NCBI RefSeq assembly: GCF_003334765.1 | Contig: NZ_QOWT01000017.1 | Source of the DNA: Escherichia coli | GTDB lineage: Bacteria; Pseudomonadota; Gammaproteobacteria; Enterobacterales; Enterobacteriaceae | DNA: 64,000 nucleotides | Strand: one strand, 5' to 3' | Shown: piece after piece, positions 34,356 through 46,402 of the stretch | Position numbering within the stretch: position 1 is the stretch's first letter | Layout: each line of letters starts with the position of its first letter | Translations under genes and position numbers: made by a program | Notes under the pieces: generated by a model | Told to the model about the DNA's origin: nothing | The model's input: the letters and a program-made list of their open reading frames with translations, nothing else | Databases searched by the model: none

Positions 34356-35486
34356 TCAGGAAAAGTAGTTCAACAAAGTCGCAATTACCGTACGCTGATT
34401 GACGGGCGACAGGTTGTAGAACAGCGGCAGGCGCAGCAGGCGCTCGCTCTCTTTGGTGGTGTAGCGATCTTCACCGTGGAACTCACCAAAGTGTTCCCCC
34501 GCAGGGCAACCGTGCAGCGGAATGTAATGAAACACCGCCATGATTTCCGCTTCTTTCAGAAAGTTAATCAACGCGCTCCGGTCATCAATATCCCGCAGTT
34601 TAATGTAGAACATATGCGCGTTCTGCACGCAGCCATCGGGAATCGACGGCAGCTCGATACGCCCGGCTTTCGCCAGAGGCGCTAACGCATCGTAGTAGTT
34701 TTGCCACAGCGCCAGACGTTGCTGGTTGATACGATCCGCTGCTTCCAGTTGCGCCCACAGGTATGCAGCTTGCAGATCGGACATCAAATAGCTGGAGCCA
34801 ATATCGCGCCAGGTATATTTATCGACCTGACCACGGAAGAACTGGCTGCGGTTAGTGCCCTTTTCACGGATGATCTCGGCTCGTTCGATTAACGCTTTAT
34901 CGTTAATCAGCGTCGCGCCGCCTTCACCGCCCGCCGTGTAGTTTTTGGTTTCATGGAAGCTAAAGCAGCCAATATGACCAATGGTTCCCAGTGCACGCCC
35001 TTTGTAAGTGGACATCACGCCCTGAGCGGCATCTTCTACCACAAACAAATTATGCTTTTTCGCCAACGCCATAATGGTGTCCATTTCGCAGGCCACACCC
35101 GCGTAATGGACCGGCACGATAACGCGCGTTTTGTCGGTGATCGCCGCTTCAATCAGCGTTTCGTCGATGTTCATGGTGTCCGGGCGAACATCCACAAAAA
35201 CGATTTTTGCGCCACGCAGCACAAAGGCATTGGCGGTGGAGACAAAGGTGTAGCTCGGCATGATCACTTCATCGCCAGGCTGGATATCGAGCAGCAGCGC
35301 CGCCATCTCCAGCGAAGCGGTGCAGGACGGCGTCAGTAACACTTTGGCGCTGCCAAAACGTTGCTCCAGCCACTGCTGGCAGCGACGGGTAAAACCGCCA
35401 TCGCCACACAGTTTGCCGCTACCCATTGCCGACTGCATATAGTCGAGTTCGGTTCCCACCACCGGCGGTGCGTTAAATGGAATCAT
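34356..35486 (-). CDS. wecE: TDP-4-keto-6-deoxy-D-glucose aminotransferase
   Basis: 376 aa DegT/DnrJ/EryC1-family PLP aminotransferase. Confidence 0.9.
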   Translation of the reverse strand: MIPFNAPPVVGTELDYMQSAMGSGKLCGDGGFTRRCQQWLEQRFGSAKVLLTPSCTASLEMAALLLDIQPGDEVIMPSYTFVSTANAFVLRGAKIVFVDVRPDTMNIDETLIEAAITDKTRVIVPVHYAGVACEMDTIMALAKKHNLFVVEDAAQGVMSTYKGRALGTIGHIGCFSFHETKNYTAGGEGGATLINDKALIERAEIIREKGTNRSQFFRGQVDKYTWRDIGSSYLMSDLQAAYLWAQLEAADRINQQRLALWQNYYDALAPLAKAGRIELPSIPDGCVQNAHMFYIKLRDIDDRSALINFLKEAEIMAVFHYIPLHGCPAGEHFGEFHGEDRYTTKESERLLRLPLFYNLSPVNQRTVIATLLNYFS

Positions 35487-35490
35487 GTGA

Positions 35491-36165
35491 TCACCTGTAT
35501 AACCAGTACGCGGTGCTTTCTACATTCGCACCACTTTGTATGTATCGTTTAAGCGCGGCGGTGTTGCCCATTTGGGTCGCCACCCGCAAAGTTGTTTTAC
35601 CGCGAGCATACGCCCAGTTTAGCGCCGTTTGCATCAGCTCAGCACCTGCACCGCGTCCAGCCAGCAGGCCAATTCGCGCATCTGTCGCATTGAGTTCCCG
35701 TAAAGAGACATAGCCGCGAATATCGCCGGACGCCGCACGTAAAATCAGACATTGATGATCAAAGGTGCCGCGCACGGCATTTTCAATCCACTGTGCATAA
35801 AAGCGACTGCTGGCGTCAGGCGCATACCACGGCGCACGAAAACGGCTTTGCGCAAATGCGGCGCTGGCTAACTGACGTAATGCGGGAATATCGGTCTCTT
35901 GTGCCACTACAGCACCGCTATCACTGGCATTGTTCACGGGTAGCGCCAAATCAACTTCACCTTCTACCAGGGAGAATCCCAGCTGTTGCAGGGCATCCAG
36001 TTCACCCGTATTTGATGCCGCAATTTTGGCCTGCACCCGTGACCACGGCGCTAACGCGTCTGGCGTCAGGAGCGGTGCTTCAGACGTAATGCGCACGATG
36101 GCGCTGTTAACACCAAAGAAGGCGTTTTCCCAGGTTAGTGGCTCAATACTGGCGCGGACGGGCAC
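35491..36165 (-). CDS. wecD: TDP-fucosamine acetyltransferase (GNAT)
   Basis: 224 aa; overlaps the rffH 3' end by 23 nt. Confidence 0.85.
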
Positions 36166-37024
36166 GAAGTAACTCCTGCAGATATTGGCCGTAGCCAGTT
36201 TTCGCTAATGAACTGGCAGCACGCTTCACACCCTCGTCATCGAGCCAGCCGTTACGCCAGGCAATCTCTTCCAGGCAGGCAATCTTAAAGCCCTGGCGTT
36301 TTTCCACCGTCTGTACAAAGGTGCTGGCTTCAATCAGGCTGTCGTGAGTGCCGGTATCCAGCCAGGCAAATCCGCGCCCGAGCAGTTCAACGGTCAGGTT
36401 GCCCGCCTCGAGGTACATCTGGTTGATGGAGGTAATCTCCAGTTCACCACGCTCCGACGGCTTCACCTGCTTTGCGTACTCCACGACTTTACTGTCGTAG
36501 AAATAAAGCCCGGTCACCGCCCAGTTTGACTTCGGCTGTTTTGGCTTTTCTTCCAGCGAGATAGCGCGGAAATTGTCGTCAAACTCCACCACGCCAAAGC
36601 GTTCCGGGTCCATCACCTGATAGCCAAAAACCGTCGCCCCTTCGGTGCGCGCCGCAACATGACGCAGCTTCGGACTGAAGCCCTGACCGAAGAAGATGTT
36701 ATCGCCCAGCACCAGACAAGAAGGTTCACCATTAAGGAAGGTTTCACCGATGATAAAGGCCTGCGCCAGACCGTCCGGGCTGGGCTGTTCGGCATATTCC
36801 AGCTGGATACCGAACTCACTACCATCGCCCAGCAGGCGCTGGAAATAACCTTTATCTTCCGGCGTAGTGATGATGAGAATTTCGCGGATACCGGCCAGCA
36901 TCAGCACCGACAGCGGATAGTAAATCATTGGCTTATCGTAAATCGGCAACAGTTGCTTCGATACGCCGCGCGTAATCGGATGCAATCGGGTGCCGGAACC
37001 GCCCGCCAGGATAATACCTTTCAT
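36143..37024 (-). CDS. rffH: Glucose-1-phosphate thymidylyltransferase
   Basis: 293 aa starting [18 protein letters not shown], the nucleotidyltransferase G-rich loop. Confidence 0.92.
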
Positions 37025-37042
37025 GTTTGCCTCCGCTGAAAA

Positions 37043-38110
37043 TTAGCCTTTCAGACCTAAACGCTCGCCCTGATAGCTGCCGTCCTGCACCTGCTTCCAC
37101 CAGCTTTCATTAGCCAGATACCACTGAACCGTTTTACGCATTCCACTTTCAAAGGTTTCCTGCGGCAGCCAGCCAAGTTCACGGGCAATTTTCGAAGCAT
37201 CAATGGCATAACGCAGATCATGCCCCGGACGGTCAGCGACAAAGGTGATCAGGTCACGATAGTGCGCCACGCCGTGCGGCTTGTTCGGAGCCAGTTCTTC
37301 CAGCAGCTCGCAAATGGTTTCCACAACATCGAGATTCTTACGCTCGTTGTGACCACCAATATTATAGGTTTCACCGACTTTCCCGGTGGTCGCCACGCAA
37401 TACAGCGCGCGGGCGTGATCTTCCACATACAGCCAGTCACGGATTTGCTGCCCGTTGCCATATACCGGCAGCGATTTACCCGCCAGCGCGTTGAGGATCA
37501 TCAGCGGGATCAGTTTTTCCGGAAAGTGGTAAGGGCCGTAGTTATTCGAGCAGTTGGTGATAAGCGTCGGCAGACCATAGGTCCGCAGCCAGGCGCGCAC
37601 CAGATGGTCGCTGCTGGCTTTTGACGCGGAATAAGGGCTGCTCGGCGCATACGGCGTGGTTTCGGTGAAGAAATCATCCGTCGAGTGCAGGTCACCATAT
37701 ACTTCGTCAGTGGAGATATGATGAAAACGGAACGCTGATTTTTTATCTTCCGTCAGCGCATTCCAGTAAGCCCGCGCCGCTTCAAGCAATGTATAAGTCC
37801 CGACAATGTTGGTTTCAATAAACGCTGCCGGGCCGTCAATAGAACGGTCAACATGGCTTTCGGCTGCCAGATGCATGACACAGTCTGGCTGATGCTCAGT
37901 GAATACGCGTGCCAGTTCTGCCCGATCGCAGATATCAACTTTCTCAAAGGCAAAGCGCTCGCTTTGCGCGACCGGTGCCAGCGACATCAGGTTTCCGGCG
38001 TAGGTCAGCTTATCGACCACTACCACCGCGTCGCTCGTTTCGTTGATGATATAACGCACCAGCGCCGAGCCAATAAACCCGGCACCACCTGTTATCAGAA
38101 TTTTTCTCAT
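37043..38110 (-). CDS. rffG: dTDP-glucose 4,6-dehydratase
   Basis: 355 aa starting [20 protein letters not shown] (Rossmann GxxGxxG); SDR-family dehydratase. Confidence 0.92.
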
Positions 38111-39372
38111 CAGCGCCAGACTCCTTTGGCATCGACGACATACTGCTGATGGACATTGTCGCCATTGATAACTTTGAACTGACTATGATCGACCAGCATC
38201 ACCAGCACGTCTGCCGTTGCCAGCGCCTCGTCAAGCTGCGCCAGAGTACAAAGCCCGGTCAGTTTTTTCGGCAACTGGTGGATGTTAGGCTCAACAACCA
38301 GAGTTTCGCCGCTATGCCACTGGGCGATCAGTTCAGCGATTTCCATCGCCGGGCTTTCGCGCAGGTCATCAATATTCGGTTTAAACGCCAGACCAAAGCA
38401 GGCGATTTTCAGTTCACTGGCGCGTTTATCGGTAGCCGCCAGGCAATCAGCCACCGCCGCTTTCACCTGATCGATAACCCAGAACGGTTTGTGATCGTTC
38501 ACTTCGCGCGCGGTACGGATAAGCCGCGCCTGCTGGGGGTTCTGTGCCACGATAAACCACGGATCAACAGCAATGCAGTGACCGCCCACGCCAGGGCCAG
38601 GCTGAAGAATATTAACGCGAGGGTGACGATTCGCCAGGCGAATCAGTTCCCAGACGTTAATCCCCTGATCGGCACAAATCAGCGACAATTCATTAGCAAA
38701 AGCGATATTCACATCGCGGAAGCTGTTTTCGGTGAGCTTACACATTTCCGCCGTCCGCGAGTTAGTGACGACACACTCACCTTCGAGGAAAATTTTGTAC
38801 AGTTCGCTGGCGCGGGCCGAACAAACCGGCGTCATACCACCAATCACGCGATCGTTTTTAATCAGCTCGACCATTACCTGTCCTGGTAACACGCGTTCCG
38901 GGCAGTAAGCAATGTTGACGTCCGCCTGCTCGCCCACCTGCTGCGGGAAAGTGAGATCCGGACGCATCTCTGCTAACCATTCTGCCATCTTCTCGGTTGA
39001 CCCCACCGGCGAGGTGGATTCAAGGATCACCAGCGCGCCTTTTTTCAGCACTGGCGCAATGGAGCGAGCAGCCGATTCAACGTAGGTCATATCTGGCTCA
39101 TGATCGCCCTTAAACGGCGTGGGTACAGCAATCAGCCAGGCATCCGCTTCAACTGGCGTCGTGCTCGCTCGTAAAAAACCGCCTTCTACGGCAGTTTTTA
39201 CTACACTCGCCAAATCAGGTTCGACGATATGGATTTCGCCACGATTGATGGTATCAACCGCATGTTGGTTGATATCGACACCAATTACCTGTTTTTGCCG
39301 TGAGGCAAACGCTGCTGCCGTTGGCAGCCCGATATAACCCAGTCCGATAACAGAAATGGTCGCAAAACTCAT
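38110..39372 (-). CDS. wecC: UDP-N-acetyl-D-mannosamine dehydrogenase
   Basis: 420 aa with N-terminal NAD-binding [10 protein letters not shown] motif. Confidence 0.92.
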
Positions 39373-40499
39373 AGTGATATCCGATTATTTTTTAACGCTT
39401 CCAGAATGCGAGAGCATGCCTGACCATCACCATACGGGTTATGGGCGCGGCTCATAGCTTGATATTCGTTTTCGTCTTTTAAAAGACGCGTCACTTCCTC
39501 GACAATTCGCTGCTTATCCGTGCCTACCAGACGCACCGTACCCGCCGTCACCGCTTCCGGACGCTCAGTGGTATCGCGCATCACCAGCACAGGTTTCCCC
39601 AGCGAAGGCGCTTCTTCCTGAATGCCGCCTGAGTCGGTCAAAATCAGCCAGGCGTGGTTCATCAGCCAGACAAACGGTAAATACTCCTGGGGATCGATCA
39701 GAATGACATTTTTCACATGCCCCAGAATGCGATTGACCGGCTCTCTGACGTTCGGGTTGAGATGCACCGGATAGACAATCTGGATGTCCTGGTGCGTGGT
39801 GGCGATGTCTGCCAGCGCGTGGCAGATTTCTTCAAAGCCACGACCGAAACTCTCACGCCTGTGACCGGTCACCAGAATCATCTTTTTATCGGGGTCGATA
39901 AACGGGTAATTTGCCGCCAGTTCTGAACGCAGCTTGTCGCTGCTCATCACCTGGTCACGCACCCATAACAGTGCATCAATGACTGTATTACCGGTAATGA
40001 AGATTCGGCTATCCGCAACGTTTTCACGCAGCAAGTTTTGCCGGGAAGTTTCGGTTGGAGAGAAGTGATACATCGCCAGATGCCCGGTCAATGTACGGTT
40101 AGCCTCTTCCGGCCACGGCGAATAGAGATCGCCCGTGCGCAGACCAGCCTCAACGTGACCAACAGGAATACGCTGATAAAACGCCGCCAGGCTGGTTGCC
40201 AGCGTCGTCGTCGTATCGCCGTGAACCAGCACGACGTCTGGTTTGAACTCGGCAAGAATAGGTTTTAGCCCTTCCAGAATCCGACAGGTTATCTCTGTCA
40301 GGCCCTGTCCTGGCTGCATTATGTTGAGATCGTAGTCAGGTACAATGGAAAAGAGTTTCAGCACCTGATCGAGCATCTCCCGATGCTGCGCAGTGACGCA
40401 AACTTTAGCCTCAAAAAAAGGATCTTTTGCCAACGCATGCACCAACGGCGCCATCTTGATGGCTTCCGGGCGCGTACCAAATACAGTCAGTACTTTCAC
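39369..40499 (-). CDS. wecB: UDP-N-acetylglucosamine 2-epimerase
   Basis: 376 aa from GTG (complement 40497-40499) [19 protein letters not shown]; the track ORF starts 14 codons upstream at another alternative start. Confidence 0.9.
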   Translation of the reverse strand: MKVLTVFGTRPEAIKMAPLVHALAKDPFFEAKVCVTAQHREMLDQVLKLFSIVPDYDLNIMQPGQGLTEITCRILEGLKPILAEFKPDVVLVHGDTTTTLATSLAAFYQRIPVGHVEAGLRTGDLYSPWPEEANRTLTGHLAMYHFSPTETSRQNLLRENVADSRIFITGNTVIDALLWVRDQVMSSDKLRSELAANYPFIDPDKKMILVTGHRRESFGRGFEEICHALADIATTHQDIQIVYPVHLNPNVREPVNRILGHVKNVILIDPQEYLPFVWLMNHAWLILTDSGGIQEEAPSLGKPVLVMRDTTERPEAVTAGTVRLVGTDKQRIVEEVTRLLKDENEYQAMSRAHNPYGDGQACSRILEALKNNRISL

Positions 40500-40554
40500 A
40501 TCGATTCTCTTCGAATAAGCGGCGAGCGCCTTTGCGCTCACCGCAGCAGTGTTG

Positions 40555-41601
40555 CTATTTCGAGCAACGGCGGGTTAATGCGACACCAGCCCCGATCAGC
40601 CCCCCGACAATGCCCCACATAATCATCAGGAAGGCACGACGTGGGCTATCGCGTTTTACCGGTTCTTCCGGCGTACGCAAATAGCGATAGGTCTGAAAAC
40701 GCGGATCCAGGGTTGGACCAACATTCAGGGTGTTTAACATGGCCCGATTCTGATCATAGTCGAGATCAAAGGCCGGACCGACGGCCTGTAAATTTTCCAG
40801 TCGAGCCTGAAGCATTGGACGCCCAAGCAGGAACATTTCTGAATCAGGTAATTCCTCGGCAGGTACATCTGTCGCACTGCGCGAAATATTATGCTGCTCA
40901 GCAATTTTCAGCGCCTGCTCAATGCTGTTCATCCGGCGGTCGTAGATGGCTTTCGCCACCTCTTCCTGACGCTTCACCTGAGCTTTCATCTGGATGGTAC
41001 GCGCCGCCCATGCGCCTTTCAGCTCATCATTCAGATGGCTGGCTGCACGCTGGCTGGCAAAAGCAACATACTGACGTAACAGGTTATTAGCGTCAGGCGC
41101 GGTTTCGGCAATAAGCTTCACGCTGTCATTGACCGCGCGGGTAAAGTCTCCGGGGATAAACTGGATGTTGTTAATCATTTCATCCAGCAACGCCGCATCG
41201 GCTTTGCTGTTGCCCACCATCCGCTGTTTGTAATAGTCGGTTTGCAGCCAGAACTCTCTGCGGGTATCCCACGAGGCCAGTTGCATAACAAACTCTTTAT
41301 AGGCTTCGTCCATGACCGATGGTTGGTCGGCAGAAGCCATGTTTGAACGGACATCCAGGTTACGCAAAAATTGCTGCTGCGAGTAATATCCCCCCAGCAT
41401 ATTCACCGTTGGACGATCGGTAATCGCCGTCGAGCTCCACTCCTGACGAGCAAAAAACGTATACGCCAGCGCGATTAACGCAAACGCCAGCCCCATGCCA
41501 ATAATCCATAGCTTCCCAGCCCACAAGGTACGAAACAACCCACGAATATCCAGTTCATTTTCAGCGTCTTCGGCCGGTTTCCCAGGCATTGGTTGTGTCA
41601 T
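40555..41601 (-). CDS. wzzE: ECA polysaccharide chain-length regulator
   Basis: About 348 aa; TM segments at both ends with periplasmic coiled-coil; which of the two adjacent Met codons is the start is uncertain. Confidence 0.88.
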   Translation of the reverse strand: MTQPMPGKPAEDAENELDIRGLFRTLWAGKLWIIGMGLAFALIALAYTFFARQEWSSTAITDRPTVNMLGGYYSQQQFLRNLDVRSNMASADQPSVMDEAYKEFVMQLASWDTRREFWLQTDYYKQRMVGNSKADAALLDEMINNIQFIPGDFTRAVNDSVKLIAETAPDANNLLRQYVAFASQRAASHLNDELKGAWAARTIQMKAQVKRQEEVAKAIYDRRMNSIEQALKIAEQHNISRSATDVPAEELPDSEMFLLGRPMLQARLENLQAVGPAFDLDYDQNRAMLNTLNVGPTLDPRFQTYRYLRTPEEPVKRDSPRRAFLMIMWGIVGGLIGAGVALTRRCSK

Positions 41602-41612
41602 CACATCCTCAT

Positions 41613-42716
41613 TTATTTGGTTAAATTGGGGCTGCCACCACGATTTCTACGCAGTCTGCGTTTTACGCGCTTAATAAAGCGAGCAACTTTCCAGGCACGC
41701 TTAATGCAATATCCATAGAGGAAGAATGCTAGCAAAAAGAGCACCAGCATGACCCACTCCGGGACAAAATGAGAATATTCTGCCAGCACGCCAATGGAAG
41801 CGAGCAGTGCTGCGGCAAGGGTAATCAGCACAAACGCCTGACGGGAAGTAAACCCGGCACGCATGATCAAATGGTGAATATGCTGACGGTCAGGAGAGAA
41901 TGGGCTCATGCCTTTACGCAGGCGACGGTACATAATCGCCACCATATCCATTAGCGGAATGGCGATTATCCACAAAGCGGTAACCGGGCTGATGGGATGG
42001 GTTTTGCCCTGGGTCGTTTCGAGCAGGATCCAGATAACGGTAAAACCAATCAGCGTACTGCCCGCATCACCCATAAAGACTTTGTAGCGGCGACCCAGGA
42101 TACCAAGGTTAAGCATGATGTATGGCAGGATGGCGGCGATCATCGCAAAGCACCAGATTGCGAGGCTGGTTTGCCCGTCGAACCACAAAATCATACCGAT
42201 TGCTGCAAACGAGACGCAGGACAACCCGCCCAGCAAGCCATCAATGCCATCAACCATGTTGAACGCATTAATGGCCGCCCAGACGGCAAATAGCGTCAGG
42301 AAGTAACCAAACGGTCCGAGCACCATCTCCCAGGAGCCAAAGATATAACCCAGGCTACTGAGATAAAGCTTGCCGAACACCATCATAACAATGCCAACAG
42401 CGGCCTGTATGGTGGCACGGATTTTTACGCTGATATCAAAACGGTCATCCAGCGCGCCAATGAAAACAAGCACACCGGCACAAGCGAGATAGAGAGATGC
42501 ATGCGGAATATAGTAATCGACAATTCCGAACGTGAAGCAAATCCCTGCGTAAACCGAAATCCCCCCAACGAGAGGTATCAATCCCTGGTGACGTTTGCGG
42601 AAGTTTGGTTTATCCACTAAACCGACTTTTTTTGCCACCTTACGGGCAAAAAACAGAAACAGTGTCGTGAATAAAAAAATACTGATGAGATCAGTACTCA
42701 CTGTCAGTAAATTCAC
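41613..42716 (-). CDS. wecA: UDP-GlcNAc:undecaprenyl-phosphate GlcNAc-1-phosphate transferase
   Basis: 367 aa polytopic MraY/WecA-family transferase; first gene of the ECA cluster. Confidence 0.93.
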   Translation of the reverse strand: MNLLTVSTDLISIFLFTTLFLFFARKVAKKVGLVDKPNFRKRHQGLIPLVGGISVYAGICFTFGIVDYYIPHASLYLACAGVLVFIGALDDRFDISVKIRATIQAAVGIVMMVFGKLYLSSLGYIFGSWEMVLGPFGYFLTLFAVWAAINAFNMVDGIDGLLGGLSCVSFAAIGMILWFDGQTSLAIWCFAMIAAILPYIMLNLGILGRRYKVFMGDAGSTLIGFTVIWILLETTQGKTHPISPVTALWIIAIPLMDMVAIMYRRLRKGMSPFSPDRQHIHHLIMRAGFTSRQAFVLITLAAALLASIGVLAEYSHFVPEWVMLVLFLLAFFLYGYCIKRAWKVARFIKRVKRRLRRNRGGSPNLTK

Positions 42717-42902
42717 AATGCATGCTCTCAGAGAAAATTATTAGCAGAAGTATAACCACGAAGACCTTTATTCAGAAGGGAAAGTCCGTTCCAAACCCAC
42801 CAGTCCTGTGCAAAAATTAACCATTTGATATGCAAATTGCATAACATGCCAGCAAATTCCAGGAATTTTCCTAACATCGCCAGCGCGGCATTAAGATTAC
42901 AG

Positions 42903-42940
42903 ATATAAAAGCAAAACGCCACGTAAACACGTGGCGTTTT
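42903..42940 (-). terminator. Intrinsic terminator downstream of rho
   Basis: Reverse complement AAAAACGCCACGTGTTTACGTGGCGTTTTGCTTTTAT. Confidence 0.8.
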
Positions 42941-42955
42941 TGGCATAAGACAAAT

Positions 42956-44215
42956 TTATGAGCGTTTCATCATTTCGAAGAAATCGTCATTGGTCTTGGT
43001 CATTGCCAGTTTATTAATGAGGAATTCCATTGCATCGATTTCGCCCATCGGGTGAATGATTTTGCGCAGGATCCACATTTTCTGCAGTTCTTCCTGAGTC
43101 GTGAGCAGCTCTTCTTTACGGGTACCAGAACGGTTGTAGTCGATAGCCGGGAAGACGCGTTTTTCAGCGATCTTACGAGAGAGGTGCAGTTCCATGTTGC
43201 CTGTACCTTTAAACTCTTCGTAGATAACTTCGTCCATTTTAGAACCGGTATCGATAAGCGCCGTCGCGATAATGGTCAGGCTGCCGCCCTCTTCCACGTT
43301 ACGCGCCGCACCAAAGAAGCGTTTCGGACGATGCAGGGCGTTGGCATCCACACCACCGGTCAACACTTTACCTGACGCCGGAACAACGGTGTTGTAAGCG
43401 CGCGCCAGACGAGTGATGGAGTCGAGCAGAATGATAACGTCTTTCTTGTGCTCAACCAGGCGTTTGGCCTTCTCGATCACCATTTCCGCAACCTGAACGT
43501 GGCGAGATGCGGGTTCGTCAAAGGTAGAAGCAACAACTTCACCTTTTACCAGACGCTGCATCTCGGTTACTTCTTCCGGACGTTCGTCGATCAGCAGAAC
43601 CATCAGCACACAATCCGGGTGGTTGTAAGCAATGCTCTGAGCAATGTTCTGCAGCAGCATGGTTTTACCGGCTTTCGGCGGTGCCACAATCAGACCACGC
43701 TGACCACGACCGATAGGTGATGCCAGATCCAGTACGCGAGCAGTTAAATCTTCAGTAGAACCGTTACCACGTTCCATACGCAGACGAGAGTTTGCGTGCA
43801 GCGGGGTTAAGTTCTCAAAGAGGATTTTGTTGCGGGCGTTTTCAGGTTTGTCGAAGTTAACTTCGTTAACTTTCAGCAGCGCAAAATAGCGTTCACCTTC
43901 TTTCGGCGGGCGAATCTTACCAGAGATGGTATCACCAGTGCGGAGGTTGAAACGGCGGATTTGGCTAGGGGAAACGTAGATGTCATCAGGACCGGCGAGG
44001 TAGGAGCTGTCTGCGGAACGGAGGAAACCAAATCCATCCTGCAATATCTCCAGTACGCCATCACCAAAGATATCTTCGCCACTCTTTGCGTGCTGCTTCA
44101 GGATGGCAAAAATAATGTCCTGCTTACGCATACGAGCCAGGTTTTCCAGCCCCATATTTTCGCCGAGAGTGATCAGCTCAGAAACCGGCGTATTCTTTAA
44201 TTCGGTAAGATTCAT
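42956..44215 (-). CDS. rho: Transcription termination factor Rho
   Basis: 419 aa from ATG (complement 44213-44215) [25 protein letters not shown]; Walker A PPKAGKT; the 443 aa track ORF is an upstream extension. Confidence 0.97.
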
Positions 44216-44299
44216 AGTGGTGTGAGTTCTTAAACTTGGGGTAAATCTCGAACTTAATGTTGTGAATGGTATGGCAGGATCATCCATGCCTGTTTACGG

Positions 44300-44401
44300 T
44301 CATCGACTCATGTCTTTTCGCTGCCTGGTCACAGGAGAGTACGCAGAACTGAAACGACAAGACGGATTGAGTGACGAGCCAGAAATCTGTTCACTTCGCA
44401 T
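44300..44401 (-). CDS. rhoL: rho operon leader peptide
   Basis: Reverse strand encodes MRSEQISGSSLNPSCRFSSAYSPVTRQRKDMSR (33 aa) in the rho leader. Confidence 0.8.
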   Translation of the reverse strand: MRSEQISGSSLNPSCRFSSAYSPVTRQRKDMSR

Positions 44402-44541
44402 TTAAGATAAAACGGGAAGCGTTGGAAATTACAAGATTCAAACTTAATAAGGTATGTTTAATACGAAGTCAACACTAAGTTAGCATGACTCACGCCGGGC
44501 GTCCAGTTTTTAGCGACGGGGCACCCGAACATGAAATTCCC

Positions 44542-44871
44542 TTACGCCAGGTTAGCGTCGAGGAACTCTTTCAACTGACCTTTAGACAGTGCACCCACTT
44601 TGGTTGCCGCCACTTCACCGTTTTTGAACAGCAGCAGAGTCGGGATACCACGGATGCCATATTTCGGCGCAGTGCCAGGGTTTTGATCGATGTTCAGTTT
44701 TGCAACGGTCAGTTTGCCCTGATATTCGTCAGCGATTTCATCCAGAATCGGGGCGATCATTTTGCACGGACCGCACCACTCTGCCCAGAAATCGACGAGG
44801 ATCGCCCCGTCCGCTTTGAGTACATCCGTGTCAAAACTGTCGTCAGTCAGGTGAATAATTTTATCGCTCAT
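44542..44871 (-). CDS. trxA: Thioredoxin 1
   Basis: 109 aa from ATG (complement 44869-44871) [37 protein letters not shown], with WCGPC active site; the track ORF has a 35-codon upstream extension. Confidence 0.97.
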
Positions 44872-45001
44872 ATATAACTCCACAGGAATAAGCCTGGCGT
44901 GTTGGTTTCGTTGTTGGTGTAACATTAACCAACTAAAGGTTGACTTTATTTCACCGGATACGCTTTCGTAAAGCAATAGTAAGCTGATATTCTACCACAC
45001 T

Positions 45002-46267
45002 ATGAGCAAAACACATTTAACAGAACAGAAGTTTTCCGACTTCGCCCTGCATCCGAAGGTTGTAGAAGCCCTTGAAAAAAAAGGGTTTCATAACTGTACG
45101 CCCATTCAGGCACTGGCCCTTCCGCTGACGCTGGCGGGTCGTGACGTAGCCGGGCAGGCGCAAACCGGTACCGGGAAAACGATGGCGTTTCTTACGTCAA
45201 CGTTTCATTATCTTCTCTCTCATCCTGCGATTGCCGATCGCAAGGTGAATCAGCCGCGTGCCTTAATTATGGCACCGACGCGTGAACTTGCCGTGCAGAT
45301 CCATGCCGACGCAGAACCGCTGGCGGAAGCTACTGGCCTGAAGCTGGGTCTGGCTTACGGTGGTGATGGCTACGACAAACAGCTGAAAGTGCTGGAAAGC
45401 GGCGTTGACATTCTGATTGGCACCACGGGGCGTTTAATTGACTACGCCAAGCAGAACCACATTAACCTCGGTGCCATTCAGGTGGTGGTACTGGACGAAG
45501 CCGATCGCATGTACGATCTGGGCTTTATTAAAGATATCCGCTGGCTGTTCCGCCGTATGCCGCCTGCAAACCAGCGCCTCAACATGCTGTTCTCCGCCAC
45601 GCTTTCGTACCGGGTACGTGAACTGGCGTTCGAGCAGATGAACAATGCCGAATATATTGAAGTGGAACCGGAACAGAAAACGGGCCACCGTATTAAAGAA
45701 GAGCTTTTCTACCCTTCTAACGAAGAAAAAATGCGTTTGCTGCAAACGCTGATCGAAGAAGAGTGGCCAGACAGAGCGATTATTTTCGCCAACACCAAAC
45801 ACCGTTGTGAAGAGATCTGGGGCCACCTGGCAGCAGATGGTCATCGTGTCGGTTTATTGACAGGCGATGTCGCGCAGAAAAAACGTCTGCGTATTCTTGA
45901 TGAATTTACCCGTGGCGATCTGGATATTCTGGTTGCCACCGACGTTGCCGCGCGTGGTTTGCATATTCCGGCAGTGACGCACGTCTTTAACTACGATTTA
46001 CCCGATGACTGTGAAGATTACGTTCACCGTATTGGTCGTACAGGTCGCGCAGGCGCAAGCGGTCACTCTATCAGCCTGGCGTGTGAAGAGTATGCATTGA
46101 ATTTGCCTGCTATTGAGACCTATATTGGTCACTCAATTCCGGTAAGCAAATACAATCCGGACGCATTGATGACCGATCTGCCAAAACCGCTGCGCCTCAC
46201 GCGCCCGCGCACAGGCAATGGTCCGCGTCGTACTGGCGCTCCGCGTAATCGTCGTCGTTCAGGTTAA
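45002..46267 (+). CDS. rhlB: ATP-dependent RNA helicase RhlB (degradosome DEAD-box helicase)
   Basis: 421 aa; Q-motif, AQTGTGKT Walker [16 protein letters not shown] motifs; Arg-rich C-terminal tail. Confidence 0.95.
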
Positions 46268-46402
46268 ATAAAAAATGTCATACTCAAAATCATTCAAACT
46301 GTATCAAGATGGCAAGAGAATGAATCCCGATGAGCTTACTGTAGTAAGTGATTCAGGTGAAAGAATGCAGCCAACACAGAGACAGATTGAAGGATGAAGA
46401 GT

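Noticed and set aside
38149-38889. 246-aa ORF antisense to wecC, and similar 100-180 aa antisense ORFs throughout the wec cluster, aslA, uvrD, cyaA and ilvD
   Set aside because: All lie entirely within well-supported genes on the opposite strand and lack start-site context; typical GC-rich shadow ORFs.
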